Source of the DNA: an uncultured Nitrososphaerota archaeon
Lineage (GTDB): Archaea; Thermoproteota; Nitrososphaeria; Nitrososphaerales; Nitrosopumilaceae
DNA length: 32,000 nucleotides
NCBI GenBank assembly: GCA_963701075.1
Contig: OY969559.1
Location: 1,630,691-1,662,690, forward strand
Direction of reading: 5' to 3'
Below the pieces are notes generated by a model. The model did not search any database and had not been told where the DNA came from. It saw only the letters and a program-made list of their open reading frames with translations. How positions within the stretch are numbered: position 1 is the first letter of the stretch; each line of letters opens with the position of its first letter. This document shows, piece after piece, positions 16,962 through 24,346 of the stretch. The translations under genes and the position numbers were made by a program.

Positions 16962-17184
16962 TTGTTTTCACCTTTTTTGCTTTTGATTTTTCTTTTGCAA
17001 CCATATTAGTGGTCGTATCTAAAATATTGGCAATTTGTTGGTTTTCGTATCCTTGTGAAATGAGATAAATTATTTTCTCACCCATGGTTTTATTTTGAAA
17101 TTTTGATGGACTAAGCAATATTCCAATTATTGTTTCTAGTCTTTTATTAATATCTGTATTTTTCTCCTTACCTGATTCACTCAT
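16954..17184 (-). CDS. mini-HTH protein, paralog 1 (first gene of the operon)
   Basis: 76 aa with RLETIIGILLSPSK, then EKIIYLISQGYENQQIANILDTTTNMVAKEK. Confidence 0.6.
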   Translation of the reverse strand: MSESGKEKNTDINKRLETIIGILLSPSKFQNKTMGEKIIYLISQGYENQQIANILDTTTNMVAKEKSKAKKVKTNE

Positions 17185-17207
17185 AATATCATTATATTGT
17201 GACTAGT

Positions 17208-17220
17208 TATATTTAAATTT
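17208..17220 (-). promoter_or_regulatory. candidate TATA box for the HTH/HNH operon
   Basis: The minus strand reads AAATTTAAATATAA, 24-36 nt upstream of the ATG at 17184. That spacing fits a leaderless or short-leader archaeal promoter. Confidence 0.3.
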
Positions 17221-17304
17221 TGCACATGGTGTGAAATATGGTAATCCATTAAGCCTTAATTATTTAAAGAAAATAGGCATAAATTTAATAATTTTCTAAA
17301 AGTA

Positions 17305-17347
17305 ATATTACCATATTACCATATTTACATATTTACATATTTGTTAC
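17305..17347. repeat. five tandem copies of an 8-bp unit ATATT(T)AC(C) in the divergent control region
   Basis: The sequence reads ATATTACC ATATTACC ATATTTAC ATATTTAC ATATTTGTTAC. It is flanked by the inverted 8-mers ATGGTGTG (17226-17233) and CACACCAT (17355-17362). Confidence 0.8.
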
Positions 17348-17375
17348 ATAGCCACACACCATAAAATCCAATAAC

Positions 17376-17609
17376 ATGGTCATTTTAGTATCTCATATGT
17401 CAAAATCGAGAAAATCTGAAATAGAATTGTTGGAGGAAATGAATGAAAAATTAGGTAAATTAGTTGGCATTCTTGCCATTCAAGGAAAAAACGAAGATGA
17501 ACAAATTCGCATTTTGAAGGTTCTGGGGTTTAGCTCAAAACAAACGGGTAGTCTGTTAGGAATTGAAGACTCTGCCATTAGGCATAGAAAAGCATGGACT
17601 CAGAATTAA
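17376..17609 (+). CDS. mini-HTH protein, paralog 5 (divergent)
   Basis: KLGKLVGILAIQGKNEDEQIRILKVLGFSSKQTGSLLGIEDSAIRH has the same architecture as paralogs 1-3. The real start may be the ATG at 17397 (MSKSRK). Confidence 0.6.
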   Translation: MVILVSHMSKSRKSEIELLEEMNEKLGKLVGILAIQGKNEDEQIRILKVLGFSSKQTGSLLGIEDSAIRHRKAWTQN

Positions 17610-17625
17610 CTCAGACCCTGTTTTT

Positions 17626-17817
17626 TTATCCCTTTAACAAATCCGCCAATGTCTTTACTTTGGTTTTTTCGGGTTCTTCACTATTGATTCTATTCATTAT
17701 GGATTCTTTGACAAATGCTGATGGCGTACAACCATGTTTGTTGCAGGCATCAAGTAATTTACTATGTTCGTCTTCGTTTAACTTGGTAGACACAACTTTG
17801 TAGACCATGGTAGACAT
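17626..17817 (-). CDS. ribbon-helix-helix (CopG/Arc-like) protein
   Basis: 63 aa. VVSTKLNEDEHSKLLDACNKHGCTPSAFVKESIMNRI gives a beta-strand plus two helices. The start region is embedded in GGTAGAC repeats. Confidence 0.6.
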   Translation of the reverse strand: MSTMVYKVVSTKLNEDEHSKLLDACNKHGCTPSAFVKESIMNRINSEEPEKTKVKTLADLLKG

Positions 17818-17836
17818 TGGTAGACAGATGGTAGAC
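17785..17836. repeat. five phased (G/T)GTAGAC repeats (iteron/operator-like) spanning the RHH start codon
   Basis: Copies lie at 17785-17791, 17799-17805 (TGTAGAC), 17809-17815, 17819-17825 and 17830-17836, with spacings of 14, 10, 10 and 11 bp. Confidence 0.8.
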
Positions 17837-17851
17837 TAGAATATGCTTTGT

Positions 17852-17861
17852 TATAGGTTCA
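17852..17861. repeat. right copy of direct repeat TATAGGTTCA
   Basis: See 15445-15454. Confidence 0.45.
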
Positions 17862-18007
17862 AATTTTGAAAGATCTGAACTCTAAGGTTTACTCACTACA
17901 AACGAGTTCATTGATAAAGAGCAAAAATGGAATCCCCCCTCTTTGTGAGGAAAAACATGCTGTTGTCGTAAAACTTTAAGGGTGACATTTTCGGTGAAAA
18001 TTTTATC

Positions 18008-18562
18008 TTGGGATCTGTATTTGTGTCGCATAGTAAACACGATGTCGATATAGTGAATTATTTTGCCAAAATTTTTGCTAGATTGAAATTACAAGCACAT
18101 TTTATGGAACTAGAGGATCTAGCAGGAAAATATCAAGGTGCTAGAATATCTGACATAATTCGTTCAAATTTTGTTGAAGATACAAAGGCTGTAATAGTTC
18201 TATTAGGAGAAAACCTAGAACATCCTCCAACTCCTACTCCACAATATACGCATAACTGGGTAAATTTTGAAGTAGGTGTAGCAGCGGGTTCTAGCAAACC
18301 TGTGTGGGTTTTTGAAAAATTCGATGAAGTAATCCAATTTCCAATTCCCTATGTAACGGATTATTGTCAATACCATCTAGGCAATGTTGATGAGTTAAGA
18401 GGCATAGCGGATCTTTTAGAAAAACTATATCAACATAACCTTGTTGTCCAACCTGCAAGAATTCTAAAATGTCATCTATGCCAAGCCTCGTTCAGGCAAT
18501 GGAATAAAAATCAGACATGTATTAACTGCCCAGTATGCAGGCAATTCACTTGTGGCAGTTAA
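18008..18562 (+). CDS. TIR-like domain protein with a C-terminal zinc ribbon
   Basis: 184 aa with a TTG start. The N-terminal VFVSHSKHDVDIVNYFAKIF resembles the TIR betaA-alphaA region (vFISHs..D). Further matches are ARISDIIRSNFVEDTKAVIVLLGENL and NWVNFEVGVAAGSSKPVWVF (W...E context with Glu88). The C-terminus KCHLCQASFRQWNKNQTCINCPVCRQFTC provides CxxC...CxxCxxC. Confidence 0.55.
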   Translation: MGSVFVSHSKHDVDIVNYFAKIFARLKLQAHFMELEDLAGKYQGARISDIIRSNFVEDTKAVIVLLGENLEHPPTPTPQYTHNWVNFEVGVAAGSSKPVWVFEKFDEVIQFPIPYVTDYCQYHLGNVDELRGIADLLEKLYQHNLVVQPARILKCHLCQASFRQWNKNQTCINCPVCRQFTCGS

Positions 18563-18608
18563 TAATTATCCATGATGTTAATTTCTAAAATATCCTTCTG
18601 TTCTTCTC

Positions 18609-18971
18609 TTATTGCAACCTAGGATCATGACAGGTAGGAAGGTAAGAGAGATACGGCTTGGGGGTTCCATTACAGTCTTGTTTAATGATATTTATTGCAT
18701 GAATGCAGGTAGTAGAATTAGAAATTGTAGTGTGGGCACATTGGTTTAGAATGTTTTCCGTTTCGTTGTTAAGGTTATTGAATACTGTTGCGTTAATTGT
18801 TGTCTGACCGGTGTAATTGAGAATTTTTCCATCTAGGTGTGATGTTAATTGTTCGGTTTGATTATTGGCCTGTTGGGCTTGGGGAAGCTGAGATGGCAGG
18901 ACAAGTAGAATAATCACAATACCAACAACAAGACTTGCAACACTAGTGATGAGTTTGCCTACAGTTTTCAT
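18609..18971 (-). CDS. membrane-anchored/secreted Asn-rich protein with four Cys
   Basis: The N-terminal TM is LITSVASLVVGIVIILLVL. There are six N-x-S/T sequons (NQT, NYT, NAT, NET, NST, NGT) and four cysteines in the C-terminal half. Confidence 0.55.
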   Translation of the reverse strand: MKTVGKLITSVASLVVGIVIILLVLPSQLPQAQQANNQTEQLTSHLDGKILNYTGQTTINATVFNNLNNETENILNQCAHTTISNSTTCIHAINIIKQDCNGTPKPYLSYLPTCHDPRLQ

Positions 18972-19091
18972 TTAGTTTTTCCATAACCGCGAGTTGAGTA
19001 TTTACGGCGCTTTAAAAGGCGTAGCAAATCCGGTTCTGCTACAAACTCTTTTCCCAAATTTTTTAATTTTCAAATTTCGAACCTTGTTCCT

Positions 19092-19556
19092 TTATCTAGA
19101 TATCATAACTAAATATGCAATCGTGATTGCACCAAATGCGACAATAACTATGGTTGACAGATACACGATAGAAGGTCTTGGCACATAAATGCCCGCTTCA
19201 ATGGCTTTCTGAGCCCTGAGATAGTTTACGAGTGCATAAATTATTAACAAAATTCCAAGACCAATCATACTCATACCAAGCATAGTTGATGAGAAAGGAA
19301 CTGGTAGATTTGACGGGATTGTTTGATTTTTTGTCATAATGCCAAATTCCCTAAGAAAGAGACTGAATCTTGCGACCACAAAACCCAATCCCATAAGAGC
19401 AATGCAAGTGCGAAGCCATGCAAGAAAAGTACGCTCATTGGCAAGATGTTCGCTTGACCGATCAGATTTTTTATTTTCAGACAATTGTTTGAAGCTGAGA
19501 TGTTGTTTACAATATAAGGCTCTGGTTTTGTGATTGTACCATATAGTATTGCACAA
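19092..19556 (-). CDS. DUF202 (YidH-like) membrane protein
   Basis: The signature LANERTFLAWLRTCIALMGLGFVVARF is followed by two further TM helices. The start is uncertain: TTG at 19556, or an internal TTG giving (M)SENKKSDR. Confidence 0.75.
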   Translation of the reverse strand: MCNTIWYNHKTRALYCKQHLSFKQLSENKKSDRSSEHLANERTFLAWLRTCIALMGLGFVVARFSLFLREFGIMTKNQTIPSNLPVPFSSTMLGMSMIGLGILLIIYALVNYLRAQKAIEAGIYVPRPSIVYLSTIVIVAFGAITIAYLVMISR

Positions 19557-19671
19557 ATATCAGATGAAAGACGATTTACCATTTGTGAGAATTGGTAGTA
19601 ATTGCAATCAAGATTATCATTGCTGATAATTTACTAGATAACATATCAAGTCAAAATCATCATTTTTTGTC

Positions 19672-20235
19672 ATGATAAACAGATATGTCTTTTACATTGC
19701 AATTTTTGCAATCATATTTTATGGAATAAATTTTAGCCTAGTTTATGGATATACTGATGTAGGCCAACTTATTGCAAGCAAGTATTATCTTTCGCTAGAT
19801 AATAAAACATACACTATATTCTATTTCTTGCATAATCTGGATACATCAAATACCGACATGTCCAATCTGGATTATGCGGGAAAAATCTCATCAATATCAA
19901 TGGAACCCAACAAAAATGCAATGCTGATCTCACTTGATAATATCTCAACAAATGATGAGCTCTCCGTGGGTTTCAACAGTGCAATAATTTCAGCAGATAA
20001 TGGAAAATTCGTGGTTTTTGTAGATGGTGTTGAAAAAGGGTATGCCATATCAACAGCATTTGGAACTGACACGGTTATAACCGTCGTAACTCCAAACGGC
20101 ACTAGTAATGTGGAAATAGTAGGTACACATGCAGGTCCAGAATTTGGCCCAGTGGCATTATCAGTGCTTGCTATTTCAATAATATCCATCATGATTATTT
20201 CAACAAGAACTAGATTGAGATTTTCACAATTCTAG
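19672..20235 (+). CDS. PEFG-CTERM sorting-domain surface protein
   Basis: An N-terminal signal/TM is present. The C-terminus GPEFGPVALSVLAISIISIMIISTRTRLRF gives a PEFG motif, a TM helix and a basic tail, which is the thaumarchaeal archaeosortase-type sorting signal. Confidence 0.8.
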   Translation: MINRYVFYIAIFAIIFYGINFSLVYGYTDVGQLIASKYYLSLDNKTYTIFYFLHNLDTSNTDMSNLDYAGKISSISMEPNKNAMLISLDNISTNDELSVGFNSAIISADNGKFVVFVDGVEKGYAISTAFGTDTVITVVTPNGTSNVEIVGTHAGPEFGPVALSVLAISIISIMIISTRTRLRFSQF

Positions 20236-20281
20236 ATTATGTAGTTTCAAAACAAAAAATCTATGATGAATAAACATTAGA

Positions 20282-21202
20282 TCAGACTAGAATATCCCGT
20301 AAGCGAAAAGTTTTGGTAAGTGATTCAGATCTCATTCTTAGAGCCACGGTACTTATTCCAGCAGCATCTGCCATTTGTTTCTGAGTAAATCTTTCTCCAT
20401 TGTTTACAGATGATATGTAAAGTGCGGCAGCGGCCAATGCTATAGGGTTTTTCCCAGCTGCATAGCCGCTTTCCTTGGTCTTTGCTAGGATCACCAATGC
20501 ATCCCTTCTACTCTTTTCAGAGGTACCTACGTTACTTGCTATCCTATTGATAAAAAATGAAGAATCATAAGACTCTATTTTCAAATCAAGATCCTCAATC
20601 AACAGTCTGACATCTCTTGAAAGATCCTTTACGCTGATGTTCCCAGCTGTTGCAATATCTGGTATGGTTCTTGGTGTGCTAGACTGCCTACAGGATAAAT
20701 ATAGTGAAGCCAATGTCAAGCAATCAATCCTCCTGCCCCTGATTTTCTTGGTCTTTGCCTTTCTGTATATGTAAGCTGCTTCCTCAATTATCGGATCTGA
20801 CAAGCCAAGTTTTGTTCTTACGGTATTGAGTAGAGTAAACGCAGTTCTCATTCTTGCTTCAGAATTTCCAGATTTGCTGCGATTATCCCACATTCTTAGC
20901 CTGTCAAATGTCTGTTTCATTCCCCCTGATAGCGAGTGTCCCGTGGCATCTCTGTTTTCTTTGCCAATAATTGTTGACAATCCCATATCGTTTATTGCAA
21001 GTGTTGTTTTGGCACCAGTCCTAGATTTTTCAAAATACTCTTCACTGGTGAATGCCTGTTGTTCTGGCCCAGAAACGGGGGTCTTTTCAACTAGTACCAA
21101 GCCACAGTTGGAACACAAAATCTCTCCAGTGGCATCATCAGTTACGACTGAGCCTTTGCACTTTTCATTTAGACATTTTTCAATATCTGGTGAGGAACGC
21201 AT
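20282..21202 (-). CDS. tfb: transcription initiation factor IIB (TFB)
   Basis: 306 aa. The N-terminal Zn ribbon is CLNEKCKGSVVTDDATGEILCSNCGLV, followed by a B-reader/linker and two cyclin-like repeats (LASLYLSCRQSSTPRTIPDIA; LAAAALYISSVNNGERFTQKQMADAAGIS). Confidence 0.95.
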   Translation of the reverse strand: MRSSPDIEKCLNEKCKGSVVTDDATGEILCSNCGLVLVEKTPVSGPEQQAFTSEEYFEKSRTGAKTTLAINDMGLSTIIGKENRDATGHSLSGGMKQTFDRLRMWDNRSKSGNSEARMRTAFTLLNTVRTKLGLSDPIIEEAAYIYRKAKTKKIRGRRIDCLTLASLYLSCRQSSTPRTIPDIATAGNISVKDLSRDVRLLIEDLDLKIESYDSSFFINRIASNVGTSEKSRRDALVILAKTKESGYAAGKNPIALAAAALYISSVNNGERFTQKQMADAAGISTVALRMRSESLTKTFRLRDILV

Positions 21203-21347
21203 GTTAGAAATCAGGATAATAATAGGTCGTTTTTCTTATTTAAACACTGATAAATTTAGGTCGCCCTAATTTTTTTACATAAAAATAGGTACAATAGAAA
21301 TTGGTAATCAAAAAAATATTCTTATCAGAGGATGCAATCCTTATTTT

Positions 21348-23153
21348 GTGACTGAATACGAAGGACTGCGAACCGCAGATATTGTTGTCGAAGGTTTGCT
21401 TCGATGGGGAGTTGAAGTAATTTTTGGATTGCCTGGTGACGGAATTAATGGAGTATTCGAGGCATTACGACGCCGCAAAGAAAAGATCAAGTTCATTTTA
21501 GTCAGACATGAAGAGTCTGCAGCTTTTATGGCATGTGCATATGCCAAATACACAGGCAAGCTTGGTGCGTGTGTTGTAACCTCTGGACCAGGTGCCACAC
21601 ATCTTCTAACGGGATTGTATGATGCCAAAGCTGATGGAGCACCAGTAATTGCAATCACTGGAAATACCTACTCGGATATGATGGGCTCCAAGTATCAACA
21701 AGACATCAATCTCTTACAGCTGTTTTCAGATGTTACAGTTTACAATAACATGATAAATGGTCCTGAACATGCTGAATCTGTAATAGACATTGCATGCAGG
21801 GATGCTCTTGCGTTAAGGGGAGTAAGCCACATCACAATTCCAATTGACATTCAAGAAAGGAAACTAAAAGGAGAATATACAAGACATAATGTTGGCGGTC
21901 ATACCGCACATCTTCTTTCTCCAACAACAGCCAACAGGGTTCCAGACACAAGATTGCTTGAGAAAGCAGCAACAATTCTCAATTCCGGAAACAAGATAGT
22001 TTTACTGGTAGGACAAGGGGCTTTGAATGCAGGCGATGAGGTGATTGCAACTGCCAGAAAGCTTTCTGCCCCTGTAGTAAAGGCACTACTTGGCAAGGCA
22101 GTCATTTCTGACGATGATCCTTACAACATTGGTGGTCTTGGTCTTCTTGGAACCGAACCGGCAAGCGATGCAATGGTTCAAGCAGACACTCTGTTAATGG
22201 TTGGCACATCTTTTCCGTATATGGAATATCTGCCGAAGCCTGGAAGTGTAAGAGGGATACAGATCGATATATTTCCAGACAGGATTGGCTTGCGGTATCC
22301 TGTAGAGGTGGGGCTTGTGGGAGATGCAAAACTAACCCTTGTAAAGCTGTTACCACTTTTACGTCAAAAAGATGACAAGTTTCTCAAATCAAAGCAAGAG
22401 GCAATGAAAAAGTGGAACAAGCTGATGCATTCGTCTAATCCTTCTGCCAAACCAATCAAGCCACAATTAATTGCAACGGCAGTCTCGGAAGAATTAGCTG
22501 ATAATGCAATAATTTCAGCGGATAGTGGAACCAATACAATCTGGGCTGCACGTCACATCGATCTCAGAAAGGGGATGAAGTTCTCGTTATCAGGCACTCT
22601 TGGTTCCATGGCATGCGGACTGCCATACGCAATAGCAGCACAGATTGCATTTCCAGACAGGCAGTCAGTGGCATTTGTAGGAGATGGTGGATTTACCATG
22701 CTAATGGGTGAATTTGCTACCGCTGTGAAATATGATCTGCCGATCAAAGTAATCATAATCAAAAATGACATTTTGGGAATGATAAGATGGGAACAGATGG
22801 CATTTCTTGGAAATCCTGAATATGGCATAGAGTTTGCTCCAATTGATTTTGCAAAGTTTGCCGAAGCTTGTGGTGGCAAAGGTTATTCAATAAGAGAGCC
22901 AAGTGAAATTAAAAATGTGATTCATGAAGCCATGTCACAAACTAAACCAACTATTGTAGAAGCATACGTAGATCCGTTTGAACCTCCAATGCCTCCAAAG
23001 GTTGACATGAAATTCGTGAAAAATATGGCAGAGTCGTTTGCAAAGGGGCAGCCATATGCAAAAAGAATAGGATTGACAATTTTCAGAGATCAAGTACACG
23101 AGAAACTTGGAAAGATTCACAGTGACTCGGAAAAGAAATCAAAACAAGTTTGA
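21348..23153 (+). CDS. thiamine-diphosphate enzyme, pyruvate oxidase / pyruvate:quinone oxidoreductase (PoxB)-like
   Basis: 601 aa with a GTG start. The N-terminal PYR domain is GVEVIFGLPGDGINGVFEAL...VRHEESAAFMACAYAKYTGKLGACVVTSGPGATHLLTGLYDA. The TPP-binding motif is FVGDGGFTMLMGEFATAVKYDLPIKVIIIKN. Assignment within the family (Pox versus ALS-like) is inference. Confidence 0.85.
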   Translation: MTEYEGLRTADIVVEGLLRWGVEVIFGLPGDGINGVFEALRRRKEKIKFILVRHEESAAFMACAYAKYTGKLGACVVTSGPGATHLLTGLYDAKADGAPVIAITGNTYSDMMGSKYQQDINLLQLFSDVTVYNNMINGPEHAESVIDIACRDALALRGVSHITIPIDIQERKLKGEYTRHNVGGHTAHLLSPTTANRVPDTRLLEKAATILNSGNKIVLLVGQGALNAGDEVIATARKLSAPVVKALLGKAVISDDDPYNIGGLGLLGTEPASDAMVQADTLLMVGTSFPYMEYLPKPGSVRGIQIDIFPDRIGLRYPVEVGLVGDAKLTLVKLLPLLRQKDDKFLKSKQEAMKKWNKLMHSSNPSAKPIKPQLIATAVSEELADNAIISADSGTNTIWAARHIDLRKGMKFSLSGTLGSMACGLPYAIAAQIAFPDRQSVAFVGDGGFTMLMGEFATAVKYDLPIKVIIIKNDILGMIRWEQMAFLGNPEYGIEFAPIDFAKFAEACGGKGYSIREPSEIKNVIHEAMSQTKPTIVEAYVDPFEPPMPPKVDMKFVKNMAESFAKGQPYAKRIGLTIFRDQVHEKLGKIHSDSEKKSKQV

Positions 23154-23202
23154 ATCTACATAAATTATTGCCTTTTCTGCAAGAGAAATAGATGGAAAGT
23201 GA

Positions 23203-23778
23203 TTAGAATCCTGTGGCAAAGTTTGCCATCATATAGATAATTACGATTTGGAGCACAACCTGGCTTACAACTACTTTGAGATATCTTCTTGTCCATTTCT
23301 GAATTTTTTCTAAATTCGGCTCCGTCTTTCTGATCTCAAAATAGATACGAAGATTTGTAGGCAAAAGTATTCCAAGACCTTGCACTGTCATGGCTATGAC
23401 AATAATCACTACGGCAGAAATCCAGTAAACCGTGGGTGTACTGTATGTGAAAAGCCCCATCTTTGCAGCAAGGTAATAGCCAGCAGTACTTGTCACTGCG
23501 GTAACGGTACTCATGTAAAAGACCATCTTTGGCATCAGCCATGAGATGATCTCTTTTCTGGTTTGGAGGGTAACATGCCTGAATATGGGGCCCAGCATGA
23601 ATCCCATGAAAATGTCTGTTCCAGTCCACATGATTGCAGTGAAGACGTGAACATAATTCATCAAAAGGAAATTGCCAGTGAAAATTGCTACTAGCAGGAC
23701 ACCTATTGGTATCGCTACCCACAAGTTTGCACGTAAGGAAATGGAAGGAGGCTGCGATAAATTTGGGTTGGCGCTCAA
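23203..23778 (-). CDS. polytopic membrane protein, unknown function
   Basis: 191 aa with about five TM helices and a TTG start. Track ORF 23336-23722(-) is an alternative frame of the same region. Confidence 0.55.
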   Translation of the reverse strand: MSANPNLSQPPSISLRANLWVAIPIGVLLVAIFTGNFLLMNYVHVFTAIMWTGTDIFMGFMLGPIFRHVTLQTRKEIISWLMPKMVFYMSTVTAVTSTAGYYLAAKMGLFTYSTPTVYWISAVVIIVIAMTVQGLGILLPTNLRIYFEIRKTEPNLEKIQKWTRRYLKVVVSQVVLQIVIIYMMANFATGF

Positions 23779-23961
23779 TTTACTTGACCACTAGAACTGG
23801 TACCATGTTTTGCTGTTAAGGTCTTTGCTTCATTCATGAAATCCGTAGCTTGTTAATTTCTATTAGTGGATATTAGTCCAGATCAGAGGTCTTACAGGAC
23901 TCGAGAACATTAATCATGAAGTTTATCTAGAGAATTTCGGGTTTACTGGCATAATTCATGC

Positions 23962-24153
23962 CTAATCTCCACCAGTAGTGTCGCAAGCGCATAATCCATA
24001 TTCGTCAATCCTGCTTTTGCAGACGGCACAATCTTCTCCATAATATACCTCCCACGGCTCCTTCAAAAATGCACGAAAATGTTCATCAATTTCCTTTGGA
24101 ATTAGATTTTTTTCCCTTTCCAGTTCTGTTGTCAATGACCCTTTTGCAGCCAT
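23962..24153 (-). CDS. small Cys-containing protein downstream of sdhB
   Basis: 63 aa with a C-terminal CAVCKSRIDEYGLCAC (CxxC-x8-CxC). It is on the same strand as sdhB, 193 nt downstream. Confidence 0.45.
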   Translation of the reverse strand: MAAKGSLTTELEREKNLIPKEIDEHFRAFLKEPWEVYYGEDCAVCKSRIDEYGLCACDTTGGD

Positions 24154-24346
24154 AACTGACCTCTTTTACTTGCCGAGTTATTAAAAAACAGATTATGATT
24201 ATCATAGTTAGGAATCATAAATTGAGGTTTTCAGAGGCTATTCATCGAAGTATGATGACGCTCTAACCAAATCAAGACCTTTATTGTAGTAAGGCAAGGT
24301 TATGCGTCACACAAGAAATTTGAATTAAACCAAGACTGAGTCAGTT

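Noticed and set aside
20826-21269. 147-aa plus-strand ORF opposite TFB, and 21341-21658(-) opposite the TPP enzyme
   Set aside because: Both are antisense to highly conserved, unmistakable genes.
23336-23722. 128-aa alternative minus-strand frame within the 23203-23778 membrane protein gene
   Set aside because: It is Cys/His/Trp-rich with no TM or domain pattern, whereas the longer frame gives a coherent five-TM protein.
24253-24338. ATGATGA ... CTGA pair suggestive of a C/D box sRNA downstream of sdhB
   Set aside because: The boxes are about 85 nt apart with no internal D'/C' boxes and no terminal stem. That is longer than typical archaeal C/D sRNAs. The same holds for the TGATGA near 3987 and the one near 20263.
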